Source of the DNA: Candidatus Eiseniibacteriota bacterium
Lineage (GTDB): Bacteria > Eisenbacteria > RBG-16-71-46
Reading direction: 5' to 3'
Assembly (NCBI GenBank): GCA_963717505.1
Contig: OY970342.1
Coordinates: 704,001-768,000 of the forward strand
Length of the DNA stretch: 64,000 nucleotides
Shown: piece after piece, positions 56,094 through 64,000 of the stretch
Layout: every line of letters begins with the position of its first letter
How positions within the stretch are numbered: the first letter of the stretch is position 1
Made by a program: the position numbers and the translations under genes
Notes under the pieces: model-generated
The model's database searches: none
Seen by the model: only the letters and a program-made list of their open reading frames with translations
What the model was told of the DNA's origin: nothing

Positions 56094-58807
56094 CGAGCCT
56101 TCAGCGTCTGCGTCCAGTGGGTGACCACGACGAGCGGAGCCTGCCGGTCCGTGGTGGCCGCGTTGACCAGGAAGCGATCGCCATCGCGAGTGACGTCGTA
56201 GGTCGGGATGAGGCCGCGCTGGAAAGCCTGGAAGAGCGGGCGATCGCTCAGGATGCGGAACTGATCGCCGCGGCCATCCACCGAGACGGCAACCATCGTG
56301 TCGTCGGGCCGCTTGTAGAACAGTTCGCGCCCATCGCCGCTCCAGCGCGGACACGCGCCCCCTTCAGCCGACACCTGCCAGCGGCCGGCCGGAGTATCTG
56401 CGGCCGACGAGTCGGCCGACGAACCCGGTCGTGGCATGGGCGCGACATAGATCTCGGGACGCCCCGAGATCCGAGAGTCGAAGGCCAGCCACCTACCATC
56501 CTGCGTCACTTGGGCGTTAGTACATCCGGTGGAGGCCGGGACCAGGAGTCGCGGACGGCCACCCTCGAGGGGATGCCACCACAGAGGATTGTCCGCCCCG
56601 GTCTGGAAGTCCCCGCGACCCAGCAGCAGCGCGCGCTCGCTCGCCAGCCACTGCAATACCCACACGTCCTCGCTCGGTTCTTCGACCAGGGTGCGAGGTG
56701 CCGCCGAACCATCCGCGCGGACGGCATCCACACGGTAGTGCAGTCCGTTCCGCCGTGTGGCAAATGCGATCTGCGTGCCGTCGGGCGACCACACCGGCTG
56801 GGAATCGTCTTCGGGGTGAGCTGCCAGACGCGTGCCCGCGCCCGAGGAGACGTCGTAGACCCACAGATCGGCGTTCGGAGTGTGTTGCGTCTCCACCACG
56901 GCACGGTTGCCGTCGGGCGAGATCGAGACCGTAAAGTGATTGGCTGGACGCCCGAGCGTCCCTAGACGCTGCCCAGACCGGTCGAACCACGAAACGCGGA
57001 ATGCACCCGAGTTTCCGCCAGGGCCGTAGACCAGCGTGCCGCCTTGTGAGGCCGCCAACATCGTCCGCCAGGTCGTGGGGTCGAACTGGACGACCTCCTG
57101 CGTGGGCTGTGGCACACCGCTCAGCCGCCCGCTCGTCGGGTCAAAACGCTGCGCGAGCAGCGTGCTGTCGCGCACGAACAGCAGCCAACCCGAGGCAAAC
57201 TCGGCGTTGCTCGGGCTGGACATGATTCGCCTGCGAACGCGTCCATCGAGCGAGGCGAACCACAGCGTCGCCGACGATTCGGGGGCGTCGTGCTTGGCGG
57301 CGAGGTATACGACATGCTTTCCGTCCGGCATGAAGACCGGCCAGCGGTGGGTGGTTTCACGGGTGCTGTCGAGCGTCGTGAACGGTTGAGGTTCTCCACC
57401 CGAAGCCGAGACGCGGGAAAGCGGAGAGATCCAGTTGGGTGCAAACGCGATCACTCCCTCCCGCGACCAGGTGCCACCCCGCCCGTTCGAAGCCGGGCAC
57501 ACGTTGAGCACCGCGCCGCCTGCGAGATCGATGCGTTTGAGGTGGCCGCGAGCAAAGAAACCCAGCGAGCGAGCGTCGGGTGACCAGAATGGATAGGCCC
57601 CGTTTTCGGTTCCAGGCAGGGGCCGCACCGAAAGATCGTCGAGCGATCGCAGCCACAGGCGCTGGCCGCTGCCCCGTCCCAGCGCACCAAAGACCAGCAT
57701 CCGGCCGTCGGGCGAGAGGGCCGGCGGGCCCGAGTCGTCCCCGGTGATGCTGAGCGCCACATCAGGTGGAACCGTGAGCGCCGCACGCAACACCGGTTGC
57801 TCGCCCGAGCGCTCGCGCAGCAGCAACAGGGCGAGGACTACCGCAACCGCGGCGATCGCCCCAGCCACACCCCAGGCAACGGCGTCGAACCGAGCACGAC
57901 GCGTTGGAGCCGGCGCCCGAACCCCGGATACGGAACTCGCGCCGGCCAGGCTCAACAACTCCCGCCGAAGATCGCCGGCGCTCTGGCGTCGATCATCGGG
58001 ATCCTTGGCGAGACATTCGCCTACCAGTCGATCCAGCTCGGGGGAAGCGCCCGGCTGCAGTCGCGAGATCGGCGTCGGCTCGGCGTTCATGATCGCTCCG
58101 ATCAGGCTCGCCTGGCTCTTGCCTTCGAATGCGCGCTTGCCGGTCGCCATTTCGTACAGCACGCAGCCCAGCGCCCAAATGTCGCTGCGCGCGTCGGCCT
58201 CCTTCCCCTCCAGCTGCTCCGGCGACATGTACTGGAACGTGCCGACGATCGTCCCCTCGGCGGTTAGCGGTGCCGCCACGGTTGGCGATTGGGTCATTGC
58301 CAGCGTCACACTCCCCGCCGGTCCACCCAGTCCGGTCGCCCGCGCCAGGCCAAAGTCCATCAGCTTGGCTCCCGACTTGGTCAGCATCACGTTCCCAGGC
58401 TTGAGATCGCGATGGATCACCCCGGCGCGGTGCGCGCGATCCAGCGCGTCGGCGATCTGCGCTCCGATCCGGAGCACCTCCGCCGTCGGCAGCGCGCCTT
58501 TCGTCAGCCGCGACGCGAGCGTCTCACCCTCGACCAGCTCCATCACCAGGAAGTCGGTGTCGCCCTCCCTCCCCACGTCGTGCAGCACGCAGATGTTCGG
58601 GTGGTTGAGCGACGAAACGGTCTTCGCCTCGCGCTCGAAGCGAGTGCGCAGCTCTGGATTTCCCGACAGGCTCGCCGGCAGGACCTTGATCGCGACGTCG
58701 CGCCCGAGCCGCGTGTCGCGCGCCCGATAGACCTCGCCCATGCCGCCGGCGCCGAGCGGCGACAGAATCTCGTAGGGTCCGAGGCGAGTGCCTGGCGTGA
58801 GGCTCAC
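56090..58807 (-). CDS. Ser/Thr protein kinase with TM helix and TolB-like (PD40) beta-propeller
   Basis: HRDLKPGN, DFGLA, GTFQYMSPEQ; SPDG/WSPD repeats. Confidence 0.95.
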   Translation of the reverse strand: MSLTPGTRLGPYEILSPLGAGGMGEVYRARDTRLGRDVAIKVLPASLSGNPELRTRFEREAKTVSSLNHPNICVLHDVGREGDTDFLVMELVEGETLASRLTKGALPTAEVLRIGAQIADALDRAHRAGVIHRDLKPGNVMLTKSGAKLMDFGLARATGLGGPAGSVTLAMTQSPTVAAPLTAEGTIVGTFQYMSPEQLEGKEADARSDIWALGCVLYEMATGKRAFEGKSQASLIGAIMNAEPTPISRLQPGASPELDRLVGECLAKDPDDRRQSAGDLRRELLSLAGASSVSGVRAPAPTRRARFDAVAWGVAGAIAAVAVVLALLLLRERSGEQPVLRAALTVPPDVALSITGDDSGPPALSPDGRMLVFGALGRGSGQRLWLRSLDDLSVRPLPGTENGAYPFWSPDARSLGFFARGHLKRIDLAGGAVLNVCPASNGRGGTWSREGVIAFAPNWISPLSRVSASGGEPQPFTTLDSTRETTHRWPVFMPDGKHVVYLAAKHDAPESSATLWFASLDGRVRRRIMSSPSNAEFASGWLLFVRDSTLLAQRFDPTSGRLSGVPQPTQEVVQFDPTTWRTMLAASQGGTLVYGPGGNSGAFRVSWFDRSGQRLGTLGRPANHFTVSISPDGNRAVVETQHTPNADLWVYDVSSGAGTRLAAHPEDDSQPVWSPDGTQIAFATRRNGLHYRVDAVRADGSAAPRTLVEEPSEDVWVLQWLASERALLLGRGDFQTGADNPLWWHPLEGGRPRLLVPASTGCTNAQVTQDGRWLAFDSRISGRPEIYVAPMPRPGSSADSSAADTPAGRWQVSAEGGACPRWSGDGRELFYKRPDDTMVAVSVDGRGDQFRILSDRPLFQAFQRGLIPTYDVTRDGDRFLVNAATTDRQAPLVVVTHWTQTLKAR

Positions 58808-58835
58808 GAGTGCGGCGCGGAGGACAATGTCGACT

Positions 58836-59300
58836 TCAACCGGTCAGGGGCCGGTTGAGCTGCGTGCGCCACTTGGCCGGATCCGGGCTCGACTCCGGCC
58901 CCGCGAGGTAGCTCTCCCACATGTCCGTGGCCGGCGTATGCCCTCGAGTGGTGATCCATGCGCCGAATTCGGCCCACGCCGCGCCCAGGCCTTCGTAGGA
59001 GCCGTGGAAAACGGTGCGCGCAACCCTTGCCGAGGGCAGTGTGCCGGCGATCACGCGGCCCGTGGCGGCGACTGCCGTGCGAACCGGCACGCCGACCTCG
59101 AAGTCGAAGACCTTGGGGTCCATCCGGAAGTGGTGCGAGAACACCGGACCAGCCGGGCCAATCCCCTGGGCCGTGACCGCCGCGATCACTTCGCCAATTG
59201 CAGGGCCCATTGCGTTCCGGATCTCTTCGCGCGGAATGGTCAGCCGGATGACGGCGGCGAGCTGAGTGTCGCTCTGAACGACTTCGGGTGTGTCGATCAC
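58836..59300 (-). CDS. GyrI-like small-molecule-binding domain protein
   Basis: FDFEVGVPV, HGSYEGL..AW, WESY..GPE, WRTQL. Confidence 0.88.
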   Translation of the reverse strand: MIDTPEVVQSDTQLAAVIRLTIPREEIRNAMGPAIGEVIAAVTAQGIGPAGPVFSHHFRMDPKVFDFEVGVPVRTAVAATGRVIAGTLPSARVARTVFHGSYEGLGAAWAEFGAWITTRGHTPATDMWESYLAGPESSPDPAKWRTQLNRPLTG

Positions 59301-59343
59301 CAGAGGATCCTCGTTTGCGCAGGCCGCGGCTCGCGGCGCGAGC

Positions 59344-60729
59344 CTAGACCGCGTCGCTCAAGCTCGAGAACGTGAAGTTGGCCGCCTTGATCGCCGGCAC
59401 CAGGCTGTTGCCGGTGCGCAACGCAGGCGACATGCCTTCGATGTTCTGCAGCACGACCGCCGGGCTTTCGTTGAACCGGAAATTCGTGACGGGGCCCACG
59501 ATCTTGCCCTTCTCGATCAGCCACAGTCCGTCGCGCGTCAATCCGGTGAGCTGGAGGGACTGGGGATTCACGGTCCGGATGTACCAGAAGTTGGTCACCA
59601 GCAGCCCCCGCTCGGTCGAGGCGATCAGCGATTCCATCGTCTCCTTGCCGCCCTCGACGATCAACGAGGCCGGCGCCGGCGTCGGCGCGCGTTCGGCCTT
59701 CTTCGCCCAGTAGCGGTCGTACCAGAGATTCTCGAGGACGCCGTTCTTCACCCAGACGATCGGCTTGGCCGCGATGCCGAAGTCCGCGCCGCCGCCGAAT
59801 CCGAATCCGCCGCCACCTCCGCCACCACCACCGCCTCCGCCGCCACCACCCCACGGTGCCGCCGGACGCCGCGCGTCGGACGGGTCGCTCTTGAGCGTCA
59901 CCGACTCGTGGAACACCTTCTCGCCGATGCGCGTGCCGCCGCCCTTCTTCGAGAAATACGAACGCCCTTCCTCGGCCGCTCGCGCGGATAGCGCCTGGGC
60001 ACCGAACGCGCCCCCACCCATGATGCCCGCGACCGCGGCCGGCTCGAGGATCACCGTGTAGTCGCCGGGCTCGAGCGGCTTCGGCTGGCGCGAGTCGCGC
60101 GCCTTGCCGAGCGCGCGGGTGGCGAGGGCCGCCGCGTCGACGTCACCTGCACGCCAGGCGCTGTCTTCCGCCCAACCCGAACCGGTGCCGTCGGCGGTGC
60201 GCACCGTGCTGCTGAACGAGCAATCGGTCGACCGGTGCCAGCCGAAGTTTCCGGCCTTGTTGGCGATGCACTGCACCCGACCGGTGTTGGTGAAGAAGCC
60301 CGAGGCAATCAACGATTCCTTCGCCGCGGGCTCGACCACGGCGCGCACGCCCGGCAGGCGCGCCGCGGCGTCGAGCTTGGAGGTGGCCTCATCCCAGGCG
60401 GCGATCTTCAGGTACTGCTGGGGCTCGAGCGGACCGACGTATTCCGGATCCGGCGGCACGACCCCGGCGATCGCCTCGGCTCGCAACATCGCGCGCTCGA
60501 ACGCCTCGCGCGAGGTCTCGTTGAGCGACACGCGGCCGGTGCGGCCCTCCTTGGTCAACGCCAGCACCACGCTGACCGACTCGGTCGAGCCCGAGGTGGT
60601 GATCTCGTTGTTGGCGAATCGCGTGTTGCCCGAGTGGACGAACGTGAACGACACCGACGCGTCGGCGAACTTGGTGTTCGACAGCGCCCGCTCGGCGAGC
60701 TTCTGGCACTCTTTCTCGGTCGGCAGCAT
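59344..60729 (-). CDS. tldE: TldE/PmbA family protein
   Basis: TRFANNEI, LEPGDYTVILEP.AV, TGLTRDG, NFRFNESP; no HExxxH motif. Confidence 0.85.
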   Translation of the reverse strand: MLPTEKECQKLAERALSNTKFADASVSFTFVHSGNTRFANNEITTSGSTESVSVVLALTKEGRTGRVSLNETSREAFERAMLRAEAIAGVVPPDPEYVGPLEPQQYLKIAAWDEATSKLDAAARLPGVRAVVEPAAKESLIASGFFTNTGRVQCIANKAGNFGWHRSTDCSFSSTVRTADGTGSGWAEDSAWRAGDVDAAALATRALGKARDSRQPKPLEPGDYTVILEPAAVAGIMGGGAFGAQALSARAAEEGRSYFSKKGGGTRIGEKVFHESVTLKSDPSDARRPAAPWGGGGGGGGGGGGGGGFGFGGGADFGIAAKPIVWVKNGVLENLWYDRYWAKKAERAPTPAPASLIVEGGKETMESLIASTERGLLVTNFWYIRTVNPQSLQLTGLTRDGLWLIEKGKIVGPVTNFRFNESPAVVLQNIEGMSPALRTGNSLVPAIKAANFTFSSLSDAV

Positions 60730-60732
60730 GGG

Positions 60733-62346
60733 CTACTCCGTACGCAGGACGTTGATGCGGCGGAACAAGCTCGGCGCGCAGCCATGGCTCATGGCGTTGA
60801 CCTGGCTCGGCTGCCCCTTGCCGTCGTTGGACAATCCGACGTTTTCCCAATGGCGCTGGTCGGCGATCGCGGCGCACGCGTTCCAGAAGTCCTGGGTCCG
60901 GCTCTGGTAGGCGACGTCGGCGAGCATGCGACCCTTCTTGCCGTTCTTGATCTCCCAGAACGCGTCGCCGCCGAACTGGAAGTTGTAGCGCTGCTGATCG
61001 ATCGAGTAAGAGCCGCGCCCGTCGATCAGGATTCCGTCCTCGACCTGGCCGATCAGGTCGTCGAGGCTCGTACCCTCGGCGCCGGCCTCGAGCCAGACGT
61101 TGGGCATGCGCTGGAACGGAATGCTGTCGAAGCTGTCGGCGTAGCAGCAGCCGCGCGATTCCTTCTCGTCTACCAGGTGCGCCTGGTCACGAATCGTCTG
61201 GTAGGCCATGAACACGCCACCCTTGACGATGTGCCAGCGTGTGGCTTTCACGCCGTCGTCGTCGTAGCCGACGGTCGACATCGCTCCCGGCAGCGTGCGG
61301 TCGCCGATCACGTTGACGACCGGGGAGCCGAACTGGAACTTGCCCATCTTGTCGGCGGGCGGCGCGAGGAACGACGTGCCGGCGTAGTTGGCCTCGTAGC
61401 CGAGCGCGCGGTCCAGCTCGGTCGAGTGCCCGATGCTCTCGTGGATGGTGAGCGCCAGGTGCGACGGCATCAGGATCAGGTCCTTCGGGCCCGGCTCGAC
61501 CGAGGGCGCCGACAGATGCTCGACCGCCTCGCTCCCGAGCCGCTCGGCATTCTGCAGCATGCCGGACGACGTGATGTGCTCGTAGCCGCCGGTGACCGGC
61601 GCCACCTGGAAGTTCCGCGACTTGCTCTTGCGCGTGGCGAAATCGACCGCGGTCGCGGTGAAGGTCGGCGCGGTTTGCATGATCAACTGCTGGATCGACG
61701 AGCCATCGGTCGAGGCGAAGTACTTGTCCTCGGTGCGGAACACCATGCCCGAGTTCACCGTCATCACACCCTTGACCTTGCGCGCGGCGTCGTGGACGCC
61801 TTGTAAGAATGCGATCTGGTCCTGGATCGAGACCTCGAAGGGGTCCTGCTTGTGCGGCGTCACGTACTTGTCCTTGTACGGGGGCACCGGCGCGAGCTGC
61901 ACCGGCCGCTTCTGGAGCGCGGCGTTCGCCTTGGCGATCGCCACCGCGTCGGCCGTGGCGCGCGCGATTGCGTCCGTGGTGACGTCGGGGCTCGCGGCGA
62001 ATCCCCACGACCCCGAGTGGATGACGCGCACTCCGAATCCGAAGCTCCCGGTCTCGACCACGCCTGGAACGTGATTCACCTTGTCCTGTGAGCCTCGCTC
62101 GGGACTGGTGCGCAGCGACACCGATCGGTTGCGGTAGCGATTGATGCGGATGTCGGCGTAGGTGGCGCCGAGTTCTTTGGCGCGCTTGAGTGCCGCGCCG
62201 GCCAGACTCTCCAGCTCGGCAAGGCTGAGCGGGGCGGCCTCGACGGACTCGATCAGCCAGAACGGACCGTCGATCAGGTCGACGACCGCCGCGGCCCCGG
62301 CAGTGATGCCGACGCTCCTCAGGAAATCTCGACGCGAGAGCTGCAA
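60733..62346 (-). CDS. tldD: TldD family metalloprotease with Tat-like signal peptide
   Basis: SRRDFL N-terminus; HESIGH zinc motif; YDDDG, QRMPN, DGKGQP; TTG start with GGAGG RBS. Confidence 0.9.
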   Translation of the reverse strand: MQLSRRDFLRSVGITAGAAAVVDLIDGPFWLIESVEAAPLSLAELESLAGAALKRAKELGATYADIRINRYRNRSVSLRTSPERGSQDKVNHVPGVVETGSFGFGVRVIHSGSWGFAASPDVTTDAIARATADAVAIAKANAALQKRPVQLAPVPPYKDKYVTPHKQDPFEVSIQDQIAFLQGVHDAARKVKGVMTVNSGMVFRTEDKYFASTDGSSIQQLIMQTAPTFTATAVDFATRKSKSRNFQVAPVTGGYEHITSSGMLQNAERLGSEAVEHLSAPSVEPGPKDLILMPSHLALTIHESIGHSTELDRALGYEANYAGTSFLAPPADKMGKFQFGSPVVNVIGDRTLPGAMSTVGYDDDGVKATRWHIVKGGVFMAYQTIRDQAHLVDEKESRGCCYADSFDSIPFQRMPNVWLEAGAEGTSLDDLIGQVEDGILIDGRGSYSIDQQRYNFQFGGDAFWEIKNGKKGRMLADVAYQSRTQDFWNACAAIADQRHWENVGLSNDGKGQPSQVNAMSHGCAPSLFRRINVLRTE

Positions 62347-62501
62347 GGGAGCCTCCGCGATTCAAAGGTTGGTGGCAGGACGAGCGGGAAATCTACAGCG
62401 AAAGGAGCGCTTCGCGCCACAGTTTCTCGCGCGATGCCTTCGACTACTGGGACGCGGCCCGACCTTGCCCCTCCCCCTGGTACGGGCGCACAATTGATGG
62501 C

Positions 62502-63908
62502 ATGAAATCTCGCTGGTCGATCGTCGCGTCGCTGTTGCTTCTGGTCCTCGGCGCCACCGAACCCCGCGCGGCAGGCATCAACCTGTCGTGGGATGACTGC
62601 GGGTCCGGCGGCGTGTTGCTCAAGGAATTCGCTTGCGCCGAGAACGAAGGCGATCCGTTCACTCTGGTTGCCTCGTTCGTGCCGCCCGCGGGCGTCACCA
62701 ACATGGAGCAACTGGTCGCCGAGATTTGGATAGATGAAACAGCCACCGAGTATCCAGACTGGTGGAAATTCGGCAGCATCTGTCGATCTGCTGCCGATCT
62801 CGCCGCAAGCCTCGACTATCTGTCGACCCCGGTATCCTGTGAGACCAGTCCCGCCAGCTATGCAGTCGTGTCTCAGACCTACTTCTATCAACCAGGAGGA
62901 AGGTTTTCCGACGCCCATAGTGAGCTGGGAGTCGTCGTTTCGTACACCGAGGCCACGCACGGTGTGTCGGTGAGTCCGGATGTCGAGTACTTCGCATTCA
63001 AGGTGCATCTGGCCAGGAGCAAGTCCACGGGAGCGGGGAGCTGCATTGGCTGCCCGTCGCCGATGAGCATCGAGCTTCAGAAGGTGACGCTCGTCCAGTC
63101 CCCGTTGCTCGGTTTCAGTCCCCAACTCACGACGGCTCAGGATCGCAAAGTCGCCTATTGGCAAGCCAAACCTCTAGCGATCTCCCCGAGCCTCGGCGGC
63201 GCCGGCACGCTGGTAACGTTGACGGGTGAAGGTTTGACGGGTGCGACCGCGGTCACGTTCAGCGGTCAGAACGCGCCCTATTCGGTGGTGTCCGATGCGG
63301 TCATCACGACCGAGGTGCCGCCGGCAGCCCGCTCCGGAAACATTCGGGTCGAAGCCCCGGGTGGTCCCAGCCTCTCACCGACTTTCACTTGTCCGCCGGT
63401 GGTACAGCGGATTTCACCTATGGGCGGCCCCGTCGGATCATTTGTTCGGTTCGATGGGTACAACTTCAATTCATTGTATGAGGTGATCTTCACCGAAGGA
63501 GCGGCGGCCACCCCATTTGGGAACTACAGCGATTCCATGTGGGCACAGGTGCCCTATGGCGCCACGACCGGACCGATCATCGTCGGCAACACCGCCGGCT
63601 TGGACACGACCGAAGTCTTTGTCGTAACGACCACGGATGTTCAGAGCTCGAACACTCCGACCCTCGAGCTCCGGTCCATCGCGTGGAGCCAATCAGAGAT
63701 CGTAGCAATGGTTTGGCTACCCTCGGAGCAGCCGTTTGTTTTCGAGGTGTTCGACCCGGTGGGGCGGCGATGGTTGTCGAGAGAGCTTGCCGGCTCTGCA
63801 GGGGAGCATCGGGTCGTGGTTTCGGCAATGCTCCCCACCGGAGCCTACTTTGGCCGCGTCCGACAGGGCGGTTCTACCGTGAAACGGTCGTTCTTCGTGA
63901 TTCGGTGA
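62502..63908 (+). CDS. Secreted protein with two IPT/TIG-like domains and T9SS-like C-terminal domain
   Basis: Signal peptide; INLSWDDCG domain; ISP..G..GT.VTLTG repeats; FDPVGRR...TGAYFGRV. Confidence 0.8.
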   Translation: MKSRWSIVASLLLLVLGATEPRAAGINLSWDDCGSGGVLLKEFACAENEGDPFTLVASFVPPAGVTNMEQLVAEIWIDETATEYPDWWKFGSICRSAADLAASLDYLSTPVSCETSPASYAVVSQTYFYQPGGRFSDAHSELGVVVSYTEATHGVSVSPDVEYFAFKVHLARSKSTGAGSCIGCPSPMSIELQKVTLVQSPLLGFSPQLTTAQDRKVAYWQAKPLAISPSLGGAGTLVTLTGEGLTGATAVTFSGQNAPYSVVSDAVITTEVPPAARSGNIRVEAPGGPSLSPTFTCPPVVQRISPMGGPVGSFVRFDGYNFNSLYEVIFTEGAAATPFGNYSDSMWAQVPYGATTGPIIVGNTAGLDTTEVFVVTTTDVQSSNTPTLELRSIAWSQSEIVAMVWLPSEQPFVFEVFDPVGRRWLSRELAGSAGEHRVVVSAMLPTGAYFGRVRQGGSTVKRSFFVIR

Positions 63909-63924
63909 CGACGGGCATTCCCCG

Positions 63925-64000
63925 TTACTGGCCGCCTCGTTCCTCCGGCGGCCGAATCCCGCGGAACGCCCGGTAGAGCGCCACGTCATAGATGATCTTG
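63925..64000 (-). CDS. 3' end of a probable MFS transporter (partial)
   Basis: Manual translation KIIYDVALYRAFRGIRPPEERGGQ*, resembling an MFS subfamily C-terminus (recalled, not searched). Confidence 0.55.
   Translation of the reverse strand, partial: KIIYDVALYRAFRGIRPPEERGGQ

Noticed and set aside
1-64000. CRISPR arrays, tRNA/rRNA, IS elements, integrases or prophage genes
   Set aside because: No spaced repeats, RNA-gene signatures or transposase/integrase/phage motifs were seen by eye; short ncRNAs cannot be excluded without Infernal.

Overview
Gene-dense, high-GC bacterial chromosome segment with about 44 CDS. I found no rRNA, tRNA, CRISPR array or intact mobile element. Secreted FG-GAP and IPT proteins with T9SS/FlgD-like C-terminal domains, tandem Ser/Thr kinase-beta-propeller genes and many peptidases suggest an uncultured FCB-related heterotroph such as Ca. 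Eisenbacteria (inference only). The best candidate for an undescribed system is the minus-strand pair at 45406-36198. A PCMH-type FAD oxidoreductase with four [4Fe-4S] motifs is translationally coupled to a 2173-aa glutamate-synthase-like polyprotein with rearranged domains (degenerate barrel, FMN barrel, internal class-II amidotransferase starting ERDS|C1125, GXGXG), and there is no gltD. Other notable items: a selenocysteine formate dehydrogenase (in-frame TGA plus SECIS) with a re-partitioned diaphorase/Fe-S subunit; a duplicated ligD 3' end enclosing a small ORF; a chrBA promoter overlapped by a palindromic operator; several apparently leaderless genes; a TldD with a Tat-like signal; and three insertion-type frameshifts that are probably sequencing errors.
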